In this document: one piece after another, positions 20,801 through 30,309 of the stretch | Layout of the letters: every line of letters begins with the position of its first letter | Numbering within the stretch: position 1 is the first letter of the stretch | IMG/VR virus record: IMGVR_UViG_3300034059_000003 | Span: 21,940-85,939 of that record | Length of the DNA: 64,000 nucleotides | Source of the DNA: a virus | Lineage: Duplodnaviria > Caudoviricetes | Reading direction: 5' to 3' (one strand) | Program-made: the position numbers and the translations under genes | The notes under the pieces: model-generated | What the model was told of the DNA's origin: nothing | Database searches by the model: none | The model's input: only the letters and a program-made list of their open reading frames with translations

Positions 20801-23800
20801 TTAAATATCTCTTACACATTTTACTGACATACCATTTCTTTTATCATAATTATTTACACCAAGACTTGCAATAGTATTATACATCACTCTCATAACTGCC
20901 TGTGATGTATCATATTGTGTTGCTGTCCAAAATGCTGCAATAGTCTTACTTAAGAAATTAAAATTACCTACATAATCACGAACACCGGCAGGAATAGCAG
21001 TGAATCCAGTTTCATTTGTGGCTCCTATATTTGGAGATGCCCAATGTTCAGTTCCATTTTCTTTTAACTTTCCTCCAGTAACTGAATTACCTCCAAGGTA
21101 TGTTGCTAAATTTTCCCAATCTGTTTTTGTAGCAACTCTCCATCCTGTTTCATGAACACCATTACGTTTAAAATATACAAGACCTCTTGCATTATTAACT
21201 GCATACCAATTGTAGATTGCACCATAAAGTTCTCTATTATCAATATCATTGTTAGGCCAACAATATGCACCTGATCTATCTGCAGAAAATTCAGTTCCCA
21301 TTTCTATATATGGTATCGATACTCCATCTGCATATTTTGTTGTTTTTAGATTTGATACTATCCACTCCTGGTTATTTATTATAACGGTGTAATATACATT
21401 ATTATCAAGATCAGAAAGATCTATTAAAACTGAAAGTTCATTGGTTGTGAAGACAACTTCATTACCATAAGTTGTACCACCGGATGTTGTTGCATATGCA
21501 CGAACATAATAAATAGTACCAGGAACAAGATTAATAAGATTTGCAGAGAATGTTCCAAGACCGGATCCATTAACTGTATGAGAATTTGATATAGTTGGAT
21601 TTGAAGATGTATTCCAGCAAATACCTCTGGCAGTAACAATACCACCTCCACCGGAAACAATATTGCCACCAGAAACCGCAGTTGTTGTTGTTATACTTGA
21701 TATCTCTGTTGTTAATACATCTGCAGCAACAACATTATTTGTTGAGAAAGCAATCTCATTACCATATGCTGTTCCTGTTGAATTGGTACAATAAGCACGA
21801 ATATGATAATTTGTATCTTCAATCAGACCATCAAGAACTTTTGTATATGATTTAAGAAGACCACTTGTTCGACTATATAAAAGAGTTACAGGATAAAGTT
21901 TATTTGCTATTGTGGGTGTCGCACCTGTATTACAACATATACCAAATGCTGAAGGAGTTTCACCACCAAAATTTGAAACCTCAATACCGCTGATAGCACT
22001 GACATCAGTTATTGATGAAACAATAGTAGTTATCAATGTTGCAAGCGAAACAATTGTAAAAGTGCGTTCATTACCATATGCTGTTCCTGCACTGTTTGTT
22101 GCATATGCTCTTACATAATAAGTTTGGCCTGCTTGTAATCCTGAAATATTGCTTATAAATGTCGTAATTTCAGACCCAGCAGAAAGTTTACTACTATTTT
22201 CTATAGTTGGGTTTGTACTTAATCCATAACAAACACCCTTATCAATTATTGAATCCCCACCGTCAAAAGTGATAGTCCCTCCACTTCTTGCTGAAGTTCC
22301 TGTTATATTATCAATTACTCTTGTAGTTAATACTGGAATTGTTACACTATACTGAGTTGTCTCAAGATCTGTTTTATAAACTTCAGATGTTATTTCAAGA
22401 TTTGTAAATAGTGAAGTTAAATTTGGTTTTGGATTAACAACAACTGTAACATATGAATCATAATATTTACCAAAGAAGTGCCCAGGATATCCTTTATCTT
22501 CTCTGTAAACAAATTTATTGTATGCAGAAAAGACTTTATTATCAACTTTAAGATAAAAATATGCCTGTGTATCTACAAAACAAATAAATGAGTCTTCAAC
22601 CTCATATAATAATAAAGCAATACCATATTCAGAATTTTCCTTTATAATAAACCATGGTTCTTTATACATTGGATTGTGAAACATAAAGAATCCCTTCCCA
22701 TTCTTAGATGGACTTATTACATTATCATAATCTGCAAAGTCATTATCAATAGATTGTAAATAAGAATTAACACCACGGATTGTTGATACATCCTCTATAC
22801 TATTTAAGAATCGATTTATCGTCTTGCGTTTATGATCATACCAATAAATCCCACTGAAACTTTCGGTAATAGAGAAACGAGTACTTAATCCAAGATTTGT
22901 TGAAATGATATCAAATCTTGAAAGTATATCTCCTTCTCCGAGTTTTGTACTTCTTCCTTGTTGATCAGTTACAACAGATCTATCAAGAACGGACAAAGCA
23001 CCAATAGCATCAGTTTGCCAATATAAAAGAAAGTTCTTCCAGGAAAATAATTTATTGATTGGACCAAAACTATTATCAACTTGTATATTTTCGTTTGATG
23101 CCCATTGTGTCCATGGATCTATTGTTTCTTTGCCAACTTTTGCATTAGATGCCATTACAAGAGTATCATTTACTTCATCCGGATCATAATCTAATGGAGC
23201 AGGATAAAACTTTCTTGCATCAGCAAGTTTTATATATGCAGTATTCTCAAGATACAAATCAGTCCATCCCGGGGAATAAGTATTTCCTGCAGCGGTGAAT
23301 TCTGAATTGTTCTTTTCTCTTAAATAATAAGCTGTGTCTAACTGATTATATATTCTATGCCAACAATCATCAAGAGTATAAGCAAGATTAACACTTGTCT
23401 CTACAGGAAACATTTCAACAGCACCAAACCAATGTTGATTCTCTTCATAGTATTTATTGTAATAAGAAACAAGATGATCAGCATAACCAATATATGTATC
23501 TCCATAATTGGCATAAGCGGTGGCGGATCCAGAAGAAACAGAAACCATTTTACCTGCAGAAATATATTCATTTCTGGTTCTATCTTCATATGTGTGTCCA
23601 CCATATTGTGTACCCCATAAATTAGTTCGATAATTCAAAAGGAAATACTCTGTAGATGGTAAATTATTTGTATCAAAAAAAGCACTCATTTGTACAAGTA
23701 GACATGTACCAAGGTTTCCGACATATGTATTAACACCAGAATATTTCACCATGTTGGCTAAGAAATTATATCTACCATATGCGGTAAGTGTACCAAAATT

Positions 23801-25900
23801 TTTTTCTGTTGTTATATTATCTGGCGTATTGGTTGTTTCCTCTAATCTTGCAGAAATAACACTTACATCACGTGGGTTAATAGTAGTAAGATCATAACAT
23901 TTTAATGTTTCAAAATTAGAACTTGCGTCTATAACTCCTTTATATGTTCCAATAATTTCAACATAATCTCCGGATGTCTGAACAAACTTTTTATAATATG
24001 AAATGTCAGGAGAAAAAATAGCAATATGTCTTGCTGCATATTCAGGTCCTTCTTTTGATGATGAATTATAGTCTCCAACTGTAGATTTTGCAGGATTTAT
24101 AAAAGCTGTTTCAGCATATTTAGTTGTAAGCAAATTTGCCTTTCCCTGAAGTTTTACGGTTTTATCTTCGTCTGTTCTTTTAACATAAACAATTTGAACA
24201 TACTTTACATCTGAAGGAAGATTACTTAATGTGAAATTTATTTGTAGTGGTCTTGATCTTACATATCCAAGATTCACCGTCTGACAGAATGGAGAATTTC
24301 CATATGGTGATTCAAATTCAAACTCATTATTTGGCATTCTAATATCACCTATCCATTTTACTGGACTTATACGTCCTTTATCATCATAACCAATGATTCC
24401 AAATCTATAAATCTCATCACGACAAAATCCCCTTAATTGTTGATTGTATAATGGACTTTCAGAACCTCCATAATAACCAGGATCAGGATATGTTTGTCTT
24501 GATATAAAAAAAGTATTATCAGGACTGTCATAATCTATAGCTCTATTCACATCACCAACTGCAGTAGGGGTTATAGTATATTTAACATTTGGACCTTCTC
24601 CACCTATTGTTACACAATCTGTCTGATATAAATATGAACTGGAAAAAAGTTGTTTCTTATCATATTGAATATTATTCCGACAAATAGCATCAATATCAAG
24701 TGGAAGGTTTGCCATTCCAATTACGGTACCAATTGAAATACCTGATGAATTATAATGAATCCATAAATTAGGATTATCTCTATGATTATACCAATATTCT
24801 CCATTTGACTCATCAAGTCTGCAGTCTTCCCATGTATGATATCTCCACCTGTATGCTCTTGAATCATAAGAAAAATCAAACTCAGACTGTCTTGTATTTG
24901 CAGCAAAAAGAATATTGTTTTTAGTTGCAATTGTTTTACATCTTAACGGATTATTTATAAGTAGATATTCTGCAAGAGTATATGTCCCAAGATCATAATC
25001 ACCGTCATCAGTAACATAGATTGTTGAACTAACAGGTTTAACATCAACAATACTTACGGTTGGTTCTCCATTTAATGTACTATAATGAATAGCAACAACT
25101 TCAATTCTGTCATAGTTTGTGTCTACACCTGTTATTTTAATTTGAATTCCTTTACCTGATGATAATCCTTCACCAGAAGAATCGAGTGCGTCAGAACCCT
25201 TAAAAGTGGTTGTATTTGCTAAAGATTGTGATGATTGACTTAAAGGAAACATTTGACTTGCTGGAGAGAAATTACTCGCAGCTCCATATAATTTATATAA
25301 TCGATATGAATATTGAACCATTCCTACTGGAATGTTACCATTGACAACCTTAGAAAATTCTGGTATTACCATTGTAACTTTCTGAACAATATCAAACTCA
25401 TCCGGAGTTCTTGTTGATAGTAATGGATCCACGAGATTACAAAAGCGCAAATTATTATAATCATCAGTCCAATAAACTTTATGGATAGAATCACTTTCAT
25501 AAAACTCAACTATGTCTTCAATAGGATGTTGCATTGATAGATTGAGCAATCCATTATAAAGAAGTGTGAAATTTGACATTATCACAGTATCGTCATGAAG
25601 TGGGACACTCCATAGTCTGCCATATGATGCAGTAGGGTTTGCTGAGTCATCATCAGTAGTAATTATCAATGTCCTATCACGAAGTTTTTTTGCACCAATT
25701 ATTCTGTCATTTGGATATCCAAGTGTTTCAAAACTTCCGGCTAACGGTATATTACCAAGAACATCTGTAAGTGCATCATTACGAGAAGGGTTATTACTTG
25801 TTCTTCTCATATTACGGCAATCAAACATTGCATCACTTCCTATTTTATTAAGAGAAGTGTCACGATCAAGTTTCTTATATGTATTACGAAATGCTTGCAT
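20801..25900 (-). CDS. Tail muzzle/stabilisation protein (P22 gp10-like) with three appended FN3-like modules and a FISUMP domain (1699 aa)
   Basis: Muzzle-type core (DEIYRFGIIGYD; WASNENIQVDNSFGPINKL; GEGDILSRFDIIST; YWYDHKRK). Three repeats ending YxVRAYATNxxGTxYGNExxF at ~22340-21430, then a Fib_succ_major-like domain (YGAIYNWYAV...ATNETGFTAIPAG...GMSVKCVRD). Confidence 0.85.
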   Translation of the reverse strand: MQAFRNTYKKLDRDTSLNKIGSDAMFDCRNMRRTSNNPSRNDALTDVLGNIPLAGSFETLGYPNDRIIGAKKLRDRTLIITTDDDSANPTASYGRLWSVPLHDDTVIMSNFTLLYNGLLNLSMQHPIEDIVEFYESDSIHKVYWTDDYNNLRFCNLVDPLLSTRTPDEFDIVQKVTMVIPEFSKVVNGNIPVGMVQYSYRLYKLYGAASNFSPASQMFPLSQSSQSLANTTTFKGSDALDSSGEGLSSGKGIQIKITGVDTNYDRIEVVAIHYSTLNGEPTVSIVDVKPVSSTIYVTDDGDYDLGTYTLAEYLLINNPLRCKTIATKNNILFAANTRQSEFDFSYDSRAYRWRYHTWEDCRLDESNGEYWYNHRDNPNLWIHYNSSGISIGTVIGMANLPLDIDAICRNNIQYDKKQLFSSSYLYQTDCVTIGGEGPNVKYTITPTAVGDVNRAIDYDSPDNTFFISRQTYPDPGYYGGSESPLYNQQLRGFCRDEIYRFGIIGYDDKGRISPVKWIGDIRMPNNEFEFESPYGNSPFCQTVNLGYVRSRPLQINFTLSNLPSDVKYVQIVYVKRTDEDKTVKLQGKANLLTTKYAETAFINPAKSTVGDYNSSSKEGPEYAARHIAIFSPDISYYKKFVQTSGDYVEIIGTYKGVIDASSNFETLKCYDLTTINPRDVSVISARLEETTNTPDNITTEKNFGTLTAYGRYNFLANMVKYSGVNTYVGNLGTCLLVQMSAFFDTNNLPSTEYFLLNYRTNLWGTQYGGHTYEDRTRNEYISAGKMVSVSSGSATAYANYGDTYIGYADHLVSYYNKYYEENQHWFGAVEMFPVETSVNLAYTLDDCWHRIYNQLDTAYYLREKNNSEFTAAGNTYSPGWTDLYLENTAYIKLADARKFYPAPLDYDPDEVNDTLVMASNAKVGKETIDPWTQWASNENIQVDNSFGPINKLFSWKNFLLYWQTDAIGALSVLDRSVVTDQQGRSTKLGEGDILSRFDIISTNLGLSTRFSITESFSGIYWYDHKRKTINRFLNSIEDVSTIRGVNSYLQSIDNDFADYDNVISPSKNGKGFFMFHNPMYKEPWFIIKENSEYGIALLLYEVEDSFICFVDTQAYFYLKVDNKVFSAYNKFVYREDKGYPGHFFGKYYDSYVTVVVNPKPNLTSLFTNLEITSEVYKTDLETTQYSVTIPVLTTRVIDNITGTSARSGGTITFDGGDSIIDKGVCYGLSTNPTIENSSKLSAGSEITTFISNISGLQAGQTYYVRAYATNSAGTAYGNERTFTIVSLATLITTIVSSITDVSAISGIEVSNFGGETPSAFGICCNTGATPTIANKLYPVTLLYSRTSGLLKSYTKVLDGLIEDTNYHIRAYCTNSTGTAYGNEIAFSTNNVVAADVLTTEISSITTTTAVSGGNIVSGGGGIVTARGICWNTSSNPTISNSHTVNGSGLGTFSANLINLVPGTIYYVRAYATTSGGTTYGNEVVFTTNELSVLIDLSDLDNNVYYTVIINNQEWIVSNLKTTKYADGVSIPYIEMGTEFSADRSGAYCWPNNDIDNRELYGAIYNWYAVNNARGLVYFKRNGVHETGWRVATKTDWENLATYLGGNSVTGGKLKENGTEHWASPNIGATNETGFTAIPAGVRDYVGNFNFLSKTIAAFWTATQYDTSQAVMRVMYNTIASLGVNNYDKRNGMSVKCVRDI

Positions 25901-26682
25901 TATAATAAATCATTATTAAAACCAAGATTAAGATCTTCTCTGTTTCCAAGAAAAGCATATGAATAATCGTGAGAAGAGATAACAGGTAATAATCTTGTCC
26001 AATGTCTTGTCCAGATTTCTCTTCTTTCCGGAGATAATATTCTCATTGCATTTTGGGCACTTGGTAAGTAAAATAACCATTCTCTTTCACTATCATTATA
26101 AACCTCTCTACTGATCTTTCCAAGTCTCCAAAGTTTATGATCCTGTTTGAATGTTATAAATGTTCTGACTGCCTCCTTTACTCTTTCAATATCAGGAATC
26201 ATTGGGAAACCTTCTTCATCGACAAGAAATGCTCTGTATGCAAGTTCAAGAGTTGCAGTTTTTTCTGATGTCTCTATGTAATTGTTCTTGAGAATATATG
26301 TCAATCGACCAGTATCATTCTCAAGATCTTCATTATTAACTACTACTTGATTATGAAAAGAATCACTGCTGTTCTCATAAACTTCTTTTGAATCGAAATC
26401 TCTTACACCAGCAGGTAATAATTCAATAAAATCAATTGGTAATGTTCCACGGTGATCTGTAACAACTACATTAGGAGTTAATAATGAATTGCCGGTAACT
26501 TTTTCAATGAAGATACCTGGGGCATTAATCTTTGCAAGAGCTTTCCCGGCCCACGAAATTGCATCATTCCAATCAAGTTCATGAGCATATCCTTCATCTT
26601 GATAGACTTCCTCAAGAATGGATAATACTGATATGTATTTCTCGGCCATACATTTAGAATTATTCAACCAAAAGCATACCAC
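25900..26682 (-). CDS. Tail ring/tube protein (260 aa)
   Basis: Directly upstream of the muzzle. The pattern LELAYRAFLVDEEGFPMIPD...TFKQDHKLW...W.FYLPSA resembles crAss ring proteins. Confidence 0.65.
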   Translation of the reverse strand: MVCFWLNNSKCMAEKYISVLSILEEVYQDEGYAHELDWNDAISWAGKALAKINAPGIFIEKVTGNSLLTPNVVVTDHRGTLPIDFIELLPAGVRDFDSKEVYENSSDSFHNQVVVNNEDLENDTGRLTYILKNNYIETSEKTATLELAYRAFLVDEEGFPMIPDIERVKEAVRTFITFKQDHKLWRLGKISREVYNDSEREWLFYLPSAQNAMRILSPERREIWTRHWTRLLPVISSHDYSYAFLGNREDLNLGFNNDLL

Positions 26683-26992
26683 TTGAATTCATGACATCTT
26701 TAAAAGTATCAAGAATAGCATTGTCTTCTTTTGGTTTTTTGTCCATTTCCTTTTCAAGTTTATCCATTGGATTTTCCTTAGATACATACTTCTTATTTTC
26801 ATATTTATAATCAGTATTACCATTAGGCATCTTCTCTTTCCATTCTTTTGAAATGGTAATAATCCAACCGTTTTCAACCTGTTCTCCACGGACGGTTTTT
26901 GAGACACCATCGACATCTTTAGTAAAAGAAAATTCTTTTTTTTCTTTTTCTTTACCTTCATCGACAACTATTTTACCTTTTAAATCATTCAT
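26660..26992 (-). CDS. Hypothetical Lys/Glu-rich protein (likely start MNDLKG, 110 aa)
   Basis: ATG at 26992 overlaps the upstream stop (ATGAATGA), so the track's longer start at 27169 is less likely. Confidence 0.55.
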   Translation of the reverse strand: MNDLKGKIVVDEGKEKEKKEFSFTKDVDGVSKTVRGEQVENGWIITISKEWKEKMPNGNTDYKYENKKYVSKENPMDKLEKEMDKKPKEDNAILDTFKDVMNSSGMLLVE

Positions 26993-27527
26993 AGTATTCA
27001 ATTTTTTTGTTTCCCTTAAGAATATTCGCAAGATATCTATTGTTTGAGAAAGTAAAAACCATCGAATAGAGACTTCTATTAATAGCATTACTTCCTTTTT
27101 TATTCCAATATAATAAGAATCCGAAACCATCTGTATGTTCATTAAGATAATAAACCAGTGGTTTTCCATGGATCTCTTTCAACTGTAAAGATGTCAGTCC
27201 AGGATACTCTCTATTCCAAAGTAATTTTGTCTCTTTCCAATTAACACTTTGATTTGATTTGTCAATTGTACCATCAGGATTTAACCGGATTTTCTTTTTA
27301 TATTTCTTAATTCTTACATATCCAAGACGAAGAGGTATTTTAAATTCAACTGCTTCCTCAATCAATAGTTTTGTTAATTCCTGATTAAAATCTTTTATTA
27401 TAAGACTGAATCTTCTATATTCAAGGAACGCTGGATTATCTCGTTCTTTCTTCGTGAATTTCTGTCTGAAAAACTGATAGATCTCAGGTAATCCATTTTT
27501 TTCGTTATTCTTCATTACTTGCCACAT
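26985..27527 (-). CDS. HU/IHF-like DNA-binding protein
   Basis: EFKIPLRLGYVRIKKYKK arm motif and basic composition. crAss tail modules carry IHF-like genes at this position. Confidence 0.6.
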   Translation of the reverse strand: MWQVMKNNEKNGLPEIYQFFRQKFTKKERDNPAFLEYRRFSLIIKDFNQELTKLLIEEAVEFKIPLRLGYVRIKKYKKKIRLNPDGTIDKSNQSVNWKETKLLWNREYPGLTSLQLKEIHGKPLVYYLNEHTDGFGFLLYWNKKGSNAINRSLYSMVFTFSNNRYLANILKGNKKIEYYE

Positions 27528-28215
27528 TTAAAGTTTCGTTTGAATCATTTACTTTATCAGTAGGAGCACTCGTTAAAAATTTAAAGTTATCTTCAGTTAT
27601 CTGGTTGCGGATATAATTCCACATCCATCTATTCATCGGATATTCATCATCGTCACTATAACATGCTGTACCATCAATATGCGTGAAGTTTGAAACATCT
27701 TCAGGGTTCTCAAATATTCCACGGACGCCTAAGTATCTCATGTATACAAGAAAACTATCACCACTCATATTCTTTGATATTACGAGTAGTTTAAGCCCAT
27801 AACGGAAAGTAAATATCATATTTGAATTCCATCTTCCATTGCCACTAAATCTTGCTCGTTCAATTGGTACATATGAAAAAGGTCGACTCATTTTATCTAT
27901 TGGTCCAACGCTGATTATTCCATCACTTTTATTTAACTCGATCGTTTTTGGAATATCAAGTTTGGTCTGTAAAACTGTATAACCGGTAAGATGTTCTGGA
28001 CATGAACTCCTGTCTGCAAATTCAAGTTCCATACACAAAGTCTGTATTAACTGTTCATCAACTGAATGAGATTTATTCAAATCATTTCGTAACCAGAGGG
28101 CTCTTTGATTATGAATCCAGTTCTTTATCATACGATCATCAAGTTTGTCGTCATCATAAAGATTAAATTGACGAACTCTCTCTCTGATCTCATATATCAT
28201 TTCATTTGATGTCAT
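27505..28215 (-). CDS. Tail ring/tube protein (236 aa)
   Basis: DDRMIKNWIHNQRALWL...IQTLCMELEFAD...GIFENPEDV...YPM pattern, in the conserved crAss position. Confidence 0.65.
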   Translation of the reverse strand: MTSNEMIYEIRERVRQFNLYDDDKLDDRMIKNWIHNQRALWLRNDLNKSHSVDEQLIQTLCMELEFADRSSCPEHLTGYTVLQTKLDIPKTIELNKSDGIISVGPIDKMSRPFSYVPIERARFSGNGRWNSNMIFTFRYGLKLLVISKNMSGDSFLVYMRYLGVRGIFENPEDVSNFTHIDGTACYSDDDEYPMNRWMWNYIRNQITEDNFKFLTSAPTDKVNDSNETLNVASNEE

Positions 28216-28991
28216 TACTTGATTTTTTTATATAATAATTGGAATCCTTCAAATACAAAAATTCCCGTAAGAGAATGGAACCACCATTGTTGATATACTT
28301 TTGGCGGATCATTTACTATCGTAATTTCTGCATTATTGATAGTTAGATATCTATTAGTAGTAGTAAAAACACCAACGGGCTTTCTTTTAAAAAGCCCATC
28401 ATTCACATATCCAAGATACATTTGTCCTTTGATCGGAATCTCAAGATTAAAATATATCTGTCTATTTGCCCGCATACCTGCAATTAAATTAATATCTCTT
28501 GTATGCAAATCTATCAGAGTAAAAGGAACACGTAAGTAATCCTTTATCATAGATGAATCTTTAACTGTAATAAATTCCGATCCTGGTTGAATTGCCAAAG
28601 AATCCCTGAGAATCTTTATTGTGCCTTCAAGTTTTGCATTTGCTACAAGACTTTTTAAATGAAGTGCTTTCAATGTAGAATTCTCAAGGATTCCGGCATC
28701 AATGGCATCTTGCTGGGATAAAATCAAAGCATCTTTTTCAAAGACTAACATCTTCAGTCCTTTGATCTCTATCTCGTATGACCTGATTGAATCACGTTGA
28801 GCAATGATATTATATTTTAAGGTATTTCGGATCCTTAAAGTACTATATCTTCCTCCTATGAAGGAACCAACCATTATCAAAAGAAAGATTATTGTATAGA
28901 GAATCTTATTGTTAGATTTCTCCATCTTCTCTTTTATCCAAGCAAGAAACCACTTTTTCATCGTCTTATTCTTTTGGTTTGAACCATCCAT
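28215..28991 (-). CDS. Spanin-like membrane protein (N-terminal TM plus coiled coil)
   Basis: TM segment ILYTIIFLLIMVGSFIGG, a coiled region and a hydrophobic C-terminal tip. Adjacent to the holin- and endolysin-like genes. Confidence 0.45.
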   Translation of the reverse strand: MDGSNQKNKTMKKWFLAWIKEKMEKSNNKILYTIIFLLIMVGSFIGGRYSTLRIRNTLKYNIIAQRDSIRSYEIEIKGLKMLVFEKDALILSQQDAIDAGILENSTLKALHLKSLVANAKLEGTIKILRDSLAIQPGSEFITVKDSSMIKDYLRVPFTLIDLHTRDINLIAGMRANRQIYFNLEIPIKGQMYLGYVNDGLFKRKPVGVFTTTNRYLTINNAEITIVNDPPKVYQQWWFHSLTGIFVFEGFQLLYKKIK

Positions 28992-29373
28992 CTACTTTAT
29001 CAAGTATGGCTTTAACAAAAGGAATATCGAACATTCCATTTGCTACGAGTCCGGCAGCAAAACCATAATAGATAGCTTTAAAGATTGGAAAGTCAGCTGC
29101 AAAACCATAATTTAATAAATCTGCTGCAACTATGATAATAATAGAAACTCCCCAGGCTACAAGTTGTTTTACGAACTTTTTTGTCACCTTAAGAACACCA
29201 TTTAACATAGCTGCAAAGAAAGCTGATATTACAGCAAGACCTGCCAAAGAACCAAGATACACATCCAATTTTGTAATTACATCAAGGATGTTTGTTGGAT
29301 CAGGAATTTCCTGAGCATTGAGAACTCCAATTGTTACAAATAGTAACCCAAAAATGAAAATGATTTTTTTCAT
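28966..29373 (-). CDS. Holin-like multi-pass membrane protein with apparent signal peptide (135 aa)
   Basis: MKKIIFIFGLLFVTIGVLNA|QE followed by three hydrophobic segments. Lies next to the putative endolysin. Confidence 0.55.
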   Translation of the reverse strand: MKKIIFIFGLLFVTIGVLNAQEIPDPTNILDVITKLDVYLGSLAGLAVISAFFAAMLNGVLKVTKKFVKQLVAWGVSIIIIVAADLLNYGFAADFPIFKAIYYGFAAGLVANGMFDIPFVKAILDKVDGWFKPKE

Positions 29374-29411
29374 GATGTTTGAAATTTAGTTAATACTGCA
29401 TTTGAATCTCA

Positions 29412-29879
29412 TTATTGTTTAATAGTAATGAATACTCTATAATTTAGTTTTGCTTTACGAACCATCTCTGTTATTATCGTAGAATAAAGTCTTCCATCTA
29501 CAAGTTGACCTTTTATTTTATTTAATCCTACTCCTATACAACCAAGCGTATCTTCTTTGTCAACAACAGAATGTATCAAAATACCAGAGAATCCTTTTAC
29601 CCCTTTTAATCTTGGATATTCTTTTCCATATTTCTTCCAAAACCATAACTCGACTTCATATCTTCCACAAGGGATTGCAGTGTCACCATATACTTTCCCT
29701 TCTCCCGGATCATTAAAATCTCCATCATTGTTTTTATCAACCAATTCACGAATAGGATCCTCAAGTGTATCACAAAGAATATTATTTGTCTTTTCATCAG
29801 AATAACGATATAAGAATTTACCTATTGTATAGTCTGGTAATAACCATTTTCTGTAAACCTCAAGTTCTAATGTTTTCAT
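29412..29879 (-). CDS. DUF5675-like putative endolysin (155 aa)
   Basis: YTIGK...CDTLED...KVYGDTAIPCGRY...FSGILIH...DTLGCIGVG, the pattern of DUF5675 proteins found in crAss lysis cassettes. Confidence 0.75.
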   Translation of the reverse strand: MKTLELEVYRKWLLPDYTIGKFLYRYSDEKTNNILCDTLEDPIRELVDKNNDGDFNDPGEGKVYGDTAIPCGRYEVELWFWKKYGKEYPRLKGVKGFSGILIHSVVDKEDTLGCIGVGLNKIKGQLVDGRLYSTIITEMVRKAKLNYRVFITIKQ

Positions 29880-29882
29880 AAA

Positions 29883-30281
29883 TTATTCTTTTAATGCTTC
29901 ACCAAGATTTTTTATTCCAATAGTATTCCCATTGTCATTATATGAAAGACCACGTTTTTTTGCCAGTGATGAAATTACCTTTCTTTGAAAACTAAAGTAC
30001 TCATTCTGGATCTGTCTAACTTTATCCTGATCATTTTCTTTTATACCGATCAGTTCCTTTGTCATCAACTGATTACTCTCAAGTATCGCGTCTATAACAA
30101 AAAGTGGTGTGTAATCGTCATTTATTTTCTGGACTCTTTCTTCAAGATTGTTCTGAGCAACAGTCAGTTTAATTGACAATGTTATCTGTGTAATGCCAAC
30201 TCCTATAAATACAGACAGAAGAGCAATTATGATCTTCTGCATCGAGTCACCTTTTTCTTTAGTATGTTCTTTTTTTTCCAT
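29883..30281 (-). CDS. Single-TM protein of the lysis cassette (132 aa)
   Basis: IIIALLSVFIGVGITQITLSI followed by a coiled, charged tail. Confidence 0.5.
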   Translation of the reverse strand: MEKKEHTKEKGDSMQKIIIALLSVFIGVGITQITLSIKLTVAQNNLEERVQKINDDYTPLFVIDAILESNQLMTKELIGIKENDQDKVRQIQNEYFSFQRKVISSLAKKRGLSYNDNGNTIGIKNLGEALKE

Positions 30282-30309
30282 TATAGTAAATTATCAGCGT
30301 TAATAATAT

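Noticed and set aside
20795-20815. Programmed +1 frameshift joining the muzzle to its C-terminal ORF
   Set aside because: ATT-TAA offers no convincing tRNA re-pairing and I saw no stimulatory element. Translational coupling or a 1-nt assembly error is simpler.
26993-27169. Extended N-terminus of the 169-aa ORF
   Set aside because: It overlaps the HU/IHF-like gene out of frame; the coupled ATG at 26992 is the more plausible start.
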